Made by a program: the position numbers and the translations under genes. From Candidatus Eiseniibacteriota bacterium (GTDB lineage: Bacteria > Eisenbacteria > RBG-16-71-46 > DASYSL01), in NCBI GenBank assembly GCA_031431875.1, contig JANPEF010000011.1, positions 407 through 64,406 of the forward strand: a stretch of 64,000 bases of DNA, in the 5' to 3' direction. The notes under the pieces are model-generated. The model was not told the DNA's origin, searched no databases, and was given only the letters and a program-made list of their open reading frames with translations. Below, one piece after another: positions 27,483-37,800 of this stretch. Within the stretch, counting starts at the first letter, position 1. Each line of letters opens with the position of its first letter.

Positions 27483-28186
27483 CGACGAAGTCGCGCACCA
27501 TCTTCATCACGGGCACGCGCAAGGGCATCGGCCGGTTCCTGGCCGAGCACTACGTCGCGCAGGGCCATCGAGTCGTCGGCGTGAGTCGCGAGGCGCCCGA
27601 TTGGACGCTCGCCGGCTACCGCCACTTCCGTGCCGACGTCGCGGACGAGGCGATGATGCGCGGTGTCTTCCACGAAGTCCGACGCGACTACGGCGGGCTC
27701 GACGTGCTGATCAACAACGCCGGGATCGCCTCGATGAACCACGTCCTGCTGACGCCCATGAAGACGCTCGAGTCGATCTTCTCGACCAACGTGTTCGGGA
27801 CCTTTCTCGCCTGCCGCGAGGGCGCGCGCCTGATGATCGCCGCGAAGCGCCCCGGCCGTATCGTCAACTTCGCGACCGTGGCGACGCCGCTGCGGCTCGA
27901 GGGTGAGGCCGTGTACGCCGCGTCCAAGGCCGCGGTCGAGAGCCTGACCCGCGTCCTCGCCCGCGAACTGGCCGAATACGGGATCACCGTCAACGCGGTC
28001 GGACCCACCCCGGTCGAGACCGACCTCATCCGCTCCGTCTCGAAGGAGAAGATCGCGGCGCTGCTCGCCCGCCAGGCCGTGCCGCGGCTCGGCGAGATGC
28101 GCGACATCGCGAACGTGATCGACTTCTTCATTCGGGAGGAAAGCGACTTCGTCACGGGGCAGGTGGTCTACCTCGGGGGCGTGTAG
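27479..28186 (+). CDS. SDR-family oxidoreductase (FabG-like 3-oxoacyl-ACP reductase fold)
   Basis: TGxxxGIG Rossmann motif (ITGTRKGIGRFLA), NNAG, and a YAASKAAVESL catalytic YxxxK. A GTG start overlaps the ACP stop. An alternative GTG lies at 27464. Confidence 0.85.
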   Translation: MTTKSRTIFITGTRKGIGRFLAEHYVAQGHRVVGVSREAPDWTLAGYRHFRADVADEAMMRGVFHEVRRDYGGLDVLINNAGIASMNHVLLTPMKTLESIFSTNVFGTFLACREGARLMIAAKRPGRIVNFATVATPLRLEGEAVYAASKAAVESLTRVLARELAEYGITVNAVGPTPVETDLIRSVSKEKIAALLARQAVPRLGEMRDIANVIDFFIREESDFVTGQVVYLGGV

Positions 28187-29532
28187 TGCCCCTCGACTTC
28201 CTGACCGAAGTCAGCCGCGAGTTCGCAGACGGGGAAGCGATCGTCGATCGCGATCGTGCGGTGACGTATCGCGCGCTCGCCGCGGCGATCGCCGCAGCCC
28301 GGGTCCGCCTCGCCGCTGCGGGGATCGGCGCCGGCGCGGTTGTCGCCCTCGAGGCCGACTATTCGGCGTCGGCGATCGCGATGCTCCTTGCCCTGTTCGA
28401 ATCCGGTGCGATCGCGGTGCCGCTCGCCCCGGTCCCGGGGACGCGCAATCCCACGCTGCGCGAGCTCGCGCAGGCCGAGTGGCGCGTCACTGCGTCCGGC
28501 GACGGGGGGGACGAGGCGCGGATCGAGTCGACCGGAGTCGTCGCGGCGCATCCGCTCTACGCCGAGCTGCGAGCCCGCGGGGTGCCGGGCCTCGTGCTCT
28601 TCACCTCGGGCTCGACCGGCGAGCCGAAGGCCTCCGTGCACGACGGCGAGAGGCTGCTGCGCAAGTACCGGACCCGGCGCCGCGGCCGGCGAACCCTGCT
28701 GTTCCTGCTCTTCGACCACATCGGCGGCGTCGACACGCTGCTGCAGGTCCTGGCCAACGGTGGCACGGCGATCATTCCCGCCGATCGCACGCCGGAAAGC
28801 GTCTGCGCCACGATCGAGCGCCACTGCGTCGAGGTGCTTCCGGCCGCGCCCAGCTTTCTCGCCATGCTGCTGTTGAGCGAGGCCCACCTGCGCCACGATC
28901 TCTCGTCGCTGCGCTGGATCACGTACGGCGCCGAGGTCATGCCGCAGGCCACGCTCGACCGGGTGGCCCGTGTGTTTCCGCAGGCCACGCTGCTGCAGAA
29001 GTACGGCATCACCGAGGTGGGCACGCTGCGCTCGAGGTCGCGAGCGAACGACTCGCTGTGGGTGAAGGTCGGCGGCGATGGTTTCGCCACCCGCGTCGTC
29101 GATGGCAGGCTCGAGATCAAGGCCGAGTCGAGCATCCTCGGTTACCTGAACGCGCCTTCGCCGTTCACCGCCGACGGCTGGTTCATCACCGGCGACGCGG
29201 TGGAGGTCGATGGCGAGTACCTGCGCATCCTGGGAAGGGTCTCGGATCTCATCAATGTCGGCGGTCGCAAGGTCTATCCCGCCGAGGTCGAGGGCGTGAT
29301 CCTCGAACTCGACGAGATCGCCGAGGCTGCGGTCCTCGGCGAAGCGCACCCGTTCACCGGGCAGGTCGTCGTCGCGCGCGTCGTGCCGCGCGGGCCGACC
29401 GAACCACGCGCCCTCGAACAGCGTGTCCGCGCCCACTGCCGGGCCCGCCTCGAGTCGTACAAGGTTCCGGTCAAGGTCCTCGTCTCCACCGGGTCGCTGC
29501 ACTCGGAGCGACAGAAGACGACGAGGCGCTGA
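28186..29532 (+). CDS. AMP-dependent synthetase/ligase (short acyl-CoA/acyl-ACP synthetase-like, 448 aa)
   Basis: AMP-binding motif LFTSGSTGEPKA, YGITEVG and a GWFITGD motif. It follows the ACP and SDR in the same orientation with 1-nt overlap. Confidence 0.8.
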   Translation: MPLDFLTEVSREFADGEAIVDRDRAVTYRALAAAIAAARVRLAAAGIGAGAVVALEADYSASAIAMLLALFESGAIAVPLAPVPGTRNPTLRELAQAEWRVTASGDGGDEARIESTGVVAAHPLYAELRARGVPGLVLFTSGSTGEPKASVHDGERLLRKYRTRRRGRRTLLFLLFDHIGGVDTLLQVLANGGTAIIPADRTPESVCATIERHCVEVLPAAPSFLAMLLLSEAHLRHDLSSLRWITYGAEVMPQATLDRVARVFPQATLLQKYGITEVGTLRSRSRANDSLWVKVGGDGFATRVVDGRLEIKAESSILGYLNAPSPFTADGWFITGDAVEVDGEYLRILGRVSDLINVGGRKVYPAEVEGVILELDEIAEAAVLGEAHPFTGQVVVARVVPRGPTEPRALEQRVRAHCRARLESYKVPVKVLVSTGSLHSERQKTTRR

Positions 29533-29538
29533 GGCACC

Positions 29539-30411
29539 ATGGCGACCGTGCGCGCAGCCATGCCGGCGGATTTTGCTGCGATCCACCCGTTGCTTCTCGA
29601 TTTCGCCAACTCCGCGATGACACGCGAGGACTGGCGCCGCATGCTGTTCGACCCGCCGTGGCCCGTCGAGGAGCCGACCCGCGGCTACCTCCTCGAGGAC
29701 GGCGGGCAAGCCGTGGGATTCCTCGGCACGATCTTCAGCGCGCGCGACGTGCGCGGGACGCTGCGGCGATTCTGCAACCTGTCGAGCTGGGTCGTGCGCG
29801 AGGACTACCGGGCGTCGAGCTTGCAGCTGCTCCTTCCCGTGCTCGGCTTGCGCACGCATACCATCGTCAACCTGAGCGCGTCGGCCCGGGCGCACGAGAT
29901 CTTTCGCGGGCTCGGCTTCCGCCCGCTCGAGGATCGACAGGTGCTGCTGCCGCCGATCGCGCGAATCGCCGACCTCGTCGCCTGGCCCGGCGCGCAGGTC
30001 ACCACCGACTTCGCCGCGATCGCCGCGGCGCTGGATCCGGCCGGCCGACGGATCGCCGTGGAGATGGTGGACACGCGCGCCGCGCAGGTCCTGATTCGCC
30101 GGGGCACCCGCTCGTGCCACGCGATCGCGGTCAGGAGCCCGTGGAAGCGGGGGCTCTTCCTCGCCCACGTCCAGTACGCCAGCGACTGGGAACTGCTGCT
30201 CGAGTGTGTTCCGCAGGCGACCGCCGGATTCTTCCCGCGACTCCGCACCGTCGGCCTGCGCGTCGACGGTCGGCGCATCGCGGGCCCCGTGCCGCAGTTC
30301 GGCGTGATGCGCCCGCTGGCGCTTCCCACCCTGTATCGCCCGGCCGAATCCGATCTTTCTCCGAACGATGTCGACGGGCTGTACACGGAGCTGGTGCTGC
30401 AACGCTGGTAG
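29539..30411 (+). CDS. GNAT-fold acyltransferase-like protein (candidate N-acyltransferase / N-acyl amino acid synthase-like)
   Basis: 290 aa. The N-terminal half is GNAT-like (GYLLEDGGQAVGFLGTIF.). It is the last gene of the MTase/PIG-L-ACP-SDR-ligase cassette. The family assignment is weak. Confidence 0.5.
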   Translation: MATVRAAMPADFAAIHPLLLDFANSAMTREDWRRMLFDPPWPVEEPTRGYLLEDGGQAVGFLGTIFSARDVRGTLRRFCNLSSWVVREDYRASSLQLLLPVLGLRTHTIVNLSASARAHEIFRGLGFRPLEDRQVLLPPIARIADLVAWPGAQVTTDFAAIAAALDPAGRRIAVEMVDTRAAQVLIRRGTRSCHAIAVRSPWKRGLFLAHVQYASDWELLLECVPQATAGFFPRLRTVGLRVDGRRIAGPVPQFGVMRPLALPTLYRPAESDLSPNDVDGLYTELVLQRW

Positions 30412-30583
30412 CGGGGACGGGGACGACTGCGCCCGATCCCCGGCTGTCGTGGAATTGACGCTTGATTCGTCCGCTCGGCGTCAAACCTTGCCCCGTCCAT
30501 CTTGTCGCCGCCGCCGGGGCGAGCCTACCCTCGTCGGCACGCGGGCATCCCCGTCCGCGGCCCGACCCGAGGGAGATAAGCCG

Positions 30584-31888
30584 ATGCACCCCGACCTCGA
30601 TTCATCCCGCCTGGATTCCGCAACCCGCGTCGGCCTGCTGCTCGACGTCTCGCGCAGCGTGCATGGCACGCTCGAGCTGGACGAAGTGCTCGAACGATTG
30701 CTCTGCGCCGCCGGCCATGTCGTCGCGTTCGATGCGGGCGGTATTTTCGTGCTGCGCGACGGCCTGGTGGTCGACCGCGGCGTCCCGGCCGGGCCGATGA
30801 TCGCCAGCTTTGCACGCCGTGGTTACGATTCGGGCCCGCGGGGGCGCGATCCGGTCCTCAACCACGGCGGTGGCATCACCGGGCATGCGATCCTCCAGGG
30901 CGAGGTGGTCCGCGCGCCCGACGTGCGCGCCGATGCGCGTTATGTCGAGGCTCGCGCTCGCACGTGCTCCGAGATCGCCGTGCCGATCGTGCGCGGCGGC
31001 CGGGTCATCGGTGCGCTCAACCTGGAGAGCGATCGGCTCGACGCGTTCGTCGACACCGACGTCGAGACGCTGGGATTCTTCGCCGAGGCCGCGGGGATCG
31101 CGATCGAGAACGCTGTCCTGCACGCGCGCCTGCTCGCGGGCGAGCGCTTCGAGTCGCAGATGCGGCTCGCCCAGGAGGTGCAGTCGCGCCTGCTGCCGAC
31201 CGAGCCGCCCGTGGTTCCCGGCTACGACCTGGCGGGCCGCTGCATCCCGACGCTGCGCATCGGCGGCGACTACTATGACGCGATTCCGTCGAGCGACGGC
31301 CGGCTCACGCTCGTCGTGGCCGACGTGGCGGGCAAGGGCGTCGCCGCAGCGCTCGTCATGGCCGCGTTTCGTGCGTTGCTGCGCAGCCGGCTCGATGCGG
31401 GCGGGTCGCTGTCCGAGGTCGTCGCCGATGTGAACCGTGCGCTGCCCGATTCGCTGGCCGGGGTCGTGTTCGTCACGGCGTTCGTGGCGCGGCTCGACCC
31501 GGCGAGTGGCACGCTGGCCTACGTCAACGCGGGGCATAATCCACCGTTCGTCGTGCGCGATCCGGCGGGCGATGTCCGCGGCAACGCGACGGAATGGCTG
31601 GAGCGCGGCGGGCCGTTGCTCGGCGTGTTCCCCGCCGCGCGCTACGAGGAGGGGGTGACCAGGCTGGGACCCGGCGACCTGCTCGTGCTCTACACCGACG
31701 GTGTCGTCGAGTGCGCCGATCCCGCGCGCAGCGACTTCGGTGCGGAACGGCTGGCAACCGTTGCGGCCCGGCTGCGCCGGCGGAGCGCACCCGAGCTGAT
31801 CCGCGACATCGTCCTGCTCACCCGCGAGTTCTCGGGGGCGGTCGAGTACGACGACGACTTCACGATCGTCGCGCTCCGGCGGGAGTGA
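30584..31888 (+). CDS. GAF-domain + PP2C-type (SpoIIE/RsbU-like) serine phosphatase
   Basis: ATG at 30584 with a GGGAGA RBS. GAF region with RAPDVRADARYVEARARTCSEIAVPIVRGGRVIGALNLES. PP2C motifs GGDYYDA, VVADVAGKGVAAAL and YTDGVVE. Confidence 0.8.
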   Translation: MHPDLDSSRLDSATRVGLLLDVSRSVHGTLELDEVLERLLCAAGHVVAFDAGGIFVLRDGLVVDRGVPAGPMIASFARRGYDSGPRGRDPVLNHGGGITGHAILQGEVVRAPDVRADARYVEARARTCSEIAVPIVRGGRVIGALNLESDRLDAFVDTDVETLGFFAEAAGIAIENAVLHARLLAGERFESQMRLAQEVQSRLLPTEPPVVPGYDLAGRCIPTLRIGGDYYDAIPSSDGRLTLVVADVAGKGVAAALVMAAFRALLRSRLDAGGSLSEVVADVNRALPDSLAGVVFVTAFVARLDPASGTLAYVNAGHNPPFVVRDPAGDVRGNATEWLERGGPLLGVFPAARYEEGVTRLGPGDLLVLYTDGVVECADPARSDFGAERLATVAARLRRRSAPELIRDIVLLTREFSGAVEYDDDFTIVALRRE

Positions 31889-32047
31889 ACAAGGCCGTCC
31901 GGCGGGGGGAGCCAGCCGGACGGCCCGGTGCGGCACCGCCAGCAGCGGGCCGCAGGTTCGATTTCGAGGGTATGGCGCAAGCATCGCCCGCGGGAGCGTC
32001 TTCCGGCCAAGACATCGTTTGTATGGTTGTGATAGTCTCAGGCGATC

Positions 32048-32992
32048 ATGAACCTGACCCCGATCGCGCTCACCCTCCGCCAGCTCCAGTACGCCGTGGC
32101 CGTCGCCGATGCGCGCAACTTCCGTCGCGCCGCCGAGCGCTGTGCCGTCTCGCAGCCTGCGCTGTCGGCCCAGCTTGCCGCGCTCGAGGCGACGCTCGGA
32201 GCCCGGCTGTTCGAACGCGGCCGCAGCGGCGTGCTGATCACCGCGGCCGGCGAGGACCTGGTCGCCCGCGCCCGCCGCGTCCTCCTCGAGGTCTCCGACC
32301 TGGCCGCCGCCGCCGAGCGCCATCGCGACCCGCGCGCGGGCACCCTGCGCATCGGCGTCATCCCGACGATCGGGCCGTACATCCTCCCGCTGGCGGCGCC
32401 GCGGCTGCGGGCGGCGTTTCCGCGCGCGGCGTTCGTGTGGATCGAGGACAAGACCGACGTGCTGCTCGCTCGCCTGGCGCACGGTGAACTCGAGGGCGCG
32501 CTGCTGGCGCGAGTCGCGAGCGTCGAGGCGTTCGCGCTGGCCGAGGTCGGCGTCGATCGGTTCGTCCTCGCCCTGCCGCCCGGCCACGGGTTGGCCCGCG
32601 GCAAGGCGCCGGTGAAGCCGGCGGAGCTCGCCGGGGAGCACGTGCTGCTGCTCGATGACGGCCACTGCTTCCGCGACCAGGCGCTGGCCTACTGCGCGGG
32701 CGCCGGCGCCCAGGAACTGGGCTACCGCGCCACCAGCCTGCCGACGCTCGTGCAGATGGTCGCCGGGGGGGCCGGCGTGACACTGCTACCCGAGATCGCG
32801 GTCGAGGCCGAGCGCGCCCACGCCGACCTGACCATCCGCAGCTTCGCGCCGCGTGAGCCCGCGCGCACCGTGGTCCTCGCCTGGCGCGCAAACTCGCCCG
32901 TAGCCTCGACGCTGGCGCAGGTGGCCGCGGAGATTCGCGACGTGTGGCCCGTACCGCGCGGCCCGCGCCGAACGGCGGCGTCCGCGACTTGA
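32048..32992 (+). CDS. oxyR: LysR-family redox regulator OxyR
   Basis: Strong similarity to E. coli OxyR along its whole length, as recalled from memory. HTH FRRAAERCAVSQPALSAQLAALE, GVIPTIGPYILP, and both redox cysteines conserved (DGHCFRDQALAYCAGAGA corresponds to C199/C208). Confidence 0.8.
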   Translation: MNLTPIALTLRQLQYAVAVADARNFRRAAERCAVSQPALSAQLAALEATLGARLFERGRSGVLITAAGEDLVARARRVLLEVSDLAAAAERHRDPRAGTLRIGVIPTIGPYILPLAAPRLRAAFPRAAFVWIEDKTDVLLARLAHGELEGALLARVASVEAFALAEVGVDRFVLALPPGHGLARGKAPVKPAELAGEHVLLLDDGHCFRDQALAYCAGAGAQELGYRATSLPTLVQMVAGGAGVTLLPEIAVEAERAHADLTIRSFAPREPARTVVLAWRANSPVASTLAQVAAEIRDVWPVPRGPRRTAASAT

Positions 32993-33068
32993 CCGCGCGC
33001 TCCCGCAGGCCGATCCTGCCGGGAACGCGATTCCCGCTCACCCCACGCTTTCCCTTCGGGAGACATCC

Positions 33069-34121
33069 ATGCTCGTTCGTCGCCTCGGCCGGAGCGGCCT
33101 CAAGGTGTCCGCCCTCTCGCTCGGTTCGTGGACCACGTACGGCGGTTCGGTCGACGACGCCGCCACCACGCGCATCGTCCGCCACGCCTTCGAGCGCGGC
33201 ATCCACACGTTCGACACCGCCGACGTGTACGTCCGCGGCGAGGCCGAGCGCGCGCTGGGCAAGGCGCTGGCCGGGGTGCCGCGCGAGCAGGTCGTGATCG
33301 CCACCAAGTGCATGGGACGGGTGTGGGATGGGCCGCTGGGCGCCGGCCTGTCGCGCAAGCACATCTTCGACGCGTGCGAGCAGAGCCTGCGGCGCCTCGG
33401 CGTCGACTACATCGACCTCTACCAGCTGCACGCGCCCGACAAGGACGCGCCGCTCGAGGAGACGCTGCGCGCCTGCGAGGACCTGGTGCGCGCCGGCAAG
33501 GTGCGCTACGTCGGCTACTCGAACTACGACCGCAGTGCGCCGCTCGATCGACAGGTGCTCGAGCTGCAGCTGAAGCGCGGCTGGGACGTCATGGTCTCGA
33601 GCCAGCCGCGGTGGAGCCTGGTCGATCGTCACATCGAGAAGGCGCACGTGCCGCTGTGCCGCAAGTGGGGCGTGGGGCTGCTCGTCTACTCGCCGCTGGC
33701 GCAGGGCGTGCTGACCAACAAGTATGCCGGTGGTGCGACGCCGGCCGGCAGTCGCGCGGCGTCCAAGTTCGCGCACTTCCTCACCCAGGAGAAGGCGCTG
33801 ACGCCCGAGAACGTGGCCGCCGCAGAGCGCCTTGCCGCGTGGTGCGCGAAGTCGGGTGCGGGCACGCCGGCGCAGGTCGCGCTGGCCTGGGTGCTGCGCC
33901 ACCCCGAGGTGTCGAGCGCGATCATCGGCGCGACGAGCGAGGCGCAGATCGACGAGAACGTGAAGGCGTGCGAGCTCGAGCTGTCGGCGGCGCAATGGCG
34001 TGAGGTCGAGGCGGCGATCGCCGGCCGGGACGCGGCGGCAGCAAAGGCGCCGCAGGCTACGGCTCCGCGGAAATCTCCGAAAGCGCGCGCCGGGCGCGCA
34101 ACTGCACCTCGCCGGCCTTGA
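33069..34121 (+). CDS. aldo/keto reductase (Tas/YdhF-like AKR)
   Basis: LGRSGLKVSALSLGSWTTYG, FDTADVY, IATKC and a catalytic tetrad context. The low-complexity Ala/Pro/Arg C-terminal tail may be read-through. Confidence 0.8.
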   Translation: MLVRRLGRSGLKVSALSLGSWTTYGGSVDDAATTRIVRHAFERGIHTFDTADVYVRGEAERALGKALAGVPREQVVIATKCMGRVWDGPLGAGLSRKHIFDACEQSLRRLGVDYIDLYQLHAPDKDAPLEETLRACEDLVRAGKVRYVGYSNYDRSAPLDRQVLELQLKRGWDVMVSSQPRWSLVDRHIEKAHVPLCRKWGVGLLVYSPLAQGVLTNKYAGGATPAGSRAASKFAHFLTQEKALTPENVAAAERLAAWCAKSGAGTPAQVALAWVLRHPEVSSAIIGATSEAQIDENVKACELELSAAQWREVEAAIAGRDAAAAKAPQATAPRKSPKARAGRATAPRRP

Positions 34122-34683
34122 GGCGCGCGTCGTCGTAGGAGCCCCGCTCGCGGGCCGCAATCGCCTGGGACCAGGCGACACGCGCCGCCGAGAGTTCGTC
34201 GCGGGCCCGGGCGACGTCGTCGATGCCGACACCGGCAGGCCGCGGCGCCGGGGGCGTCAGGCGCTCGATCGCGGCGTCGACGTCCTGCAGCCGGGCGGCG
34301 ATCGCCGCATTCGTCGAGTCCCACTCGGCGCGTGAGGTCTCGGTGCGGATGCTGATCTCCTCGGAGAGGCGTTCGATCTCGGCGGGCAGCGCGCTGGTCG
34401 CCGTGAAGACGGTGACCCAGTCCCCCTCCTTCGCCGCGGTCCGCGCCCGCGCGAGTTCCGCCTCGATCACGGCGGCGCGTTCCGGCGCCAGGGCGCGCGC
34501 CTTCGGGCGGACCTGCGCGTAGGCCGCCTCGACCGTGGCGACCGCCTGCTCGCCGGGCCCGCGATCGGAGGCGCAGCCCGACAGCAGGGCGACCAGCACG
34601 AGCGCGACGGCCGCGGGGCTGCGACCGGGGGGAACGGGGCGGGGGGGAACGCGGCGGGAAAGCATTGCACCATGGTTGCTCAA
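34057..34683 (-). CDS. hypothetical lipoprotein (coiled-coil/Ala-rich)
   Basis: Lipobox LVALLSGCAS. It overlaps the AKR tail by ~65 nt, so one of the two ends is probably mis-assigned. Weak. Confidence 0.4.
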   Translation of the reverse strand: MSNHGAMLSRRVPPRPVPPGRSPAAVALVLVALLSGCASDRGPGEQAVATVEAAYAQVRPKARALAPERAAVIEAELARARTAAKEGDWVTVFTATSALPAEIERLSEEISIRTETSRAEWDSTNAAIAARLQDVDAAIERLTPPAPRPAGVGIDDVARARDELSAARVAWSQAIAARERGSYDDARLKAGEVQLRARRALSEISAEP

Positions 34684-34803
34684 ACCGGCCCATAGCGCAC
34701 GCGACTTCTGCGTGTGTCCGCGACGGCCCGACCGTTAGACTGACGAGGCGCCGCGTTCCGCCTGCCCGCGGATCGGGGCGCAGGGTCCCAACCCCGGAGT
34801 CCC

Positions 34804-37800
34804 ATGATGGATCGCGGCACCGCGCTCGGGCCGTACGTCGTCGTCGACCGCCTGGGCTCCGGCGGGATGGGCGATGTCTACCGCGCGCACGACGCACGCC
34901 TCAACCGTGACGTGGCGCTCAAGCTGCTGCCCCGCGAGTTCGCGCGCGACCCGGACCGGCTCGTCCGCTTCCGCCAGGAAGCGCTGCACCTCGCCGCGCT
35001 CAACCATCCGAACATCGCCACCATCCACGGCTTCGAGGAAGGCGAGGGCGAGACCAAGTTCCTCGTCCTCGAGCTGGTCGAGGGGCGCTCGCTCGCCGAT
35101 CGCATCGCCGACGGTCCGCTGCCGCCCGAGGAGGCGCTCGCCATCGCGGCGCAGATCGCCGAGGCGCTCGAGGCCGCGCACGAGCGCGACGTCATTCACC
35201 GCGATCTCAAGCCGGCAAACGTCATGCTGGGCCCGCGCGGGCGGGTCAAGGTGCTCGACTTCGGGCTTGCCATGGGACGCCGCGCGGGTGGTGCCGCCAA
35301 GCAGGTGGAGCAGGCCGGTGGTCACGTCGATCTCGATGCGCTCACGCAATCGCCCGACGGCGCGACGATGGCGCCGCTCGCCCCCGTCACCATGGTCGGC
35401 GGCACGAGTGCTGGCAGCTCGGACTCGGCCGAGGGCACGCCGGGTTACATGTCGCCCGAGCAGATCGTCGCCGGCGCGCAGGACGCGCGCACCGATGTGT
35501 TCGCGTTCGGGGCGCTGCTCTACGAGGCGCTCACCGGCGTGCCCGCGTTCCCCGGCGCAAACGTGGGCGAGATGCTGCGCGCCACGCTGGAGAAGGAGCC
35601 GGCGTGGGAACGCCTGCCCGAGAAGCTGTCGCCGCGCATTCGAACCCTGCTCACCGGCACGCTCGAGAAGAACATGGCGCGGCGGCCCGACTCGATCCAC
35701 GCCCTGCGGGTCGAGATCGAGGACGTGCTCGGCATCCGCCGCGCGGCCGCGCTCCGTGCGGGCGAAGCCGCCGCGATCGCCAACAACCTGCCGCAGTTGC
35801 TCACCAGCTTCGTCGGCCGCGACGCCGAGCTCGTCGCGTGCGGGGTGCTGCTGGCGAAGACGCGCATTCTCACGCTCACGGGCTTCGGCGGCAGCGGCAA
35901 GACCCGGCTCGCGCTCGAGCTCGCTTCGCGTGCGCTGGCCGAGTACCCGGACGGCGTGTGGTTTGTCGACCTGGCACCGCTGCGGGATGCGTCGCGCCTC
36001 GAGGCCACGGTCGCCGCCGCGATCGACGTGCGCGAGGAGCCGGGGCGCTCGCTCACCGAGGCGCTGCTCGAGCGCCTGCGTGGGCGGCGCGCGCTGGTGC
36101 TGCTCGACAACTGCGAGCACCTGCTCGCGCCCGCGGCCGCGCTGGTCGGCATCCTGCTGCGCGCCTGCGCCGAGCTGACCGTGCTCGCCACCAGTCGCGA
36201 GGCGCTTGGCGTCGACGGCGAGACCGTCCACCCCGTGCCCACGCTCGGCTTGCCCGGCGCGGAGCTCACCGGCGGGGCGGCCGCGTTCGAGGGCTTCGAA
36301 GCGGTGCGGCTCTACGTCGAGCGGGCGCGGCAGGTGGTGCCCGACTTCGCGCTCACCGACGTGAACGCGGCGATCGTCGGCGAGATCTGCCGCCGCCTCG
36401 ACGGGATTCCGCTCGCGCTCGAGCTGGCGGCGGCGCGCGCCCGCGTGCTCGGCGTCGAGCAGATCCTGGCCAAGCTCGACGATCGCTTCCGCCTGCTCAC
36501 CGGCGGGAGCAAGAGCGCGCTGCCGCGCCAGCAGACGCTGCGGGCCACCATCGAGTGGAGCTACGAGATGCTCGCCCCGCACGAGCAGGCGTTCTTCCGC
36601 CGGCTCGCCGTGTTCGCCGGCGGCTGGTCGCTGGAGGGAGCGGTCGCCGTGGTCGAGGCGGACGCGGACGAGTTCGACGTCCTCGACCTGCTGACCCTGC
36701 TGGCGGACAAGTCGCTGGCCGTCGTCGACCGCACCGTGCCCGACCGGCCGCGCTATCGCTTTCTCGAGTCGGTGCGCCAGTTCGCGCTCGAGCGCCTGCG
36801 CGAGACCGACGAGGAGCCGGCGCTGCGCGATCGCCATCTCGCGCACTTCCTCGGGCTGGCCGAGCAGGCCGAGACCGAACTCACCGGTCCGCGCCAGGGC
36901 CAGTGGTTCGCCCGGCTCGATGCCGACGGCGAGAACCTGCTCGCCGCGCTCACCGCCTCGCGCTCGCTGCCGGGCGGTCCGGATCGCGGCGTGCGGCTGG
37001 CCGGCGCGGTGGCGCGCTTCTGGTCGGCGCGCGGGCGCTATGTCGTCGGCCTGCGCGCGCTGACCAGCGCGCTCGAGGTGCAGGCCGCGGCGAAGGCGAA
37101 GGCGGGCGACACCACGCCCGACCCCGCGCGCGGCAAGGCGCTGGTGCGCGCCGGCGGGCTCGCGCTGTACCTGTGCGACCTCGAGACGGCGGCGCCGCCG
37201 ATCGACGAGAGCCTCGCCATCTACCAGGCGCTCGGGGACAAGAAGGGGGTGGCGCGCGCTTTCGCAGCGCGGGCCACGCTGGCGGCATTCCGCGGTGAAC
37301 TCGGCGAGTCGAGGCAGTTCGGGCTGTCGAGCCTCGAGATCTACCGCGAGATCGGCGAGGCGCGGGGGATCGCCGTCACGCTGCACAACCTGGGCTATCT
37401 CGCGCTCCTCCAGGGGAACTGGAACGAGGCCGAGCCGCTCTATGCGGAATCACTGCACCTGATGCGAGGGGTGGGGGACCGGGAGCACATGGCCCTGACT
37501 CTGGCCGACCTGGCGATCACCTCGCGCGGGCTGGACCAGGAGGACAAGGCCCGCGGGGAGCTGGCCGAGGCCTTCGACCTGGTCCAGGAGGTGGCGGCCA
37601 AGCGCGAGGGGGCCTATGCGCTCGAGGCCGCCTCCGCGCTCGCCGAGAGCGGCGACGACTTCTCCCGGGCGGCGCGCTATGCGGGTGCGGCCAAAGCACT
37701 TCGCGAGGCGATCGGCTCGCCACTGGTGCCCATCGAGCAGCGCGATCGCGACGTCCGAGCGGCCCGGGTGATGGCGGCCCTGGGTGGTCCAGCCTTCGCC

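Noticed and set aside
34057-34121. 65-nt overlap between the AKR 3' end and the minus-strand lipoprotein ORF
   Set aside because: I cannot tell from sequence alone which end is real. Both calls were kept, with low confidence on the lipoprotein.
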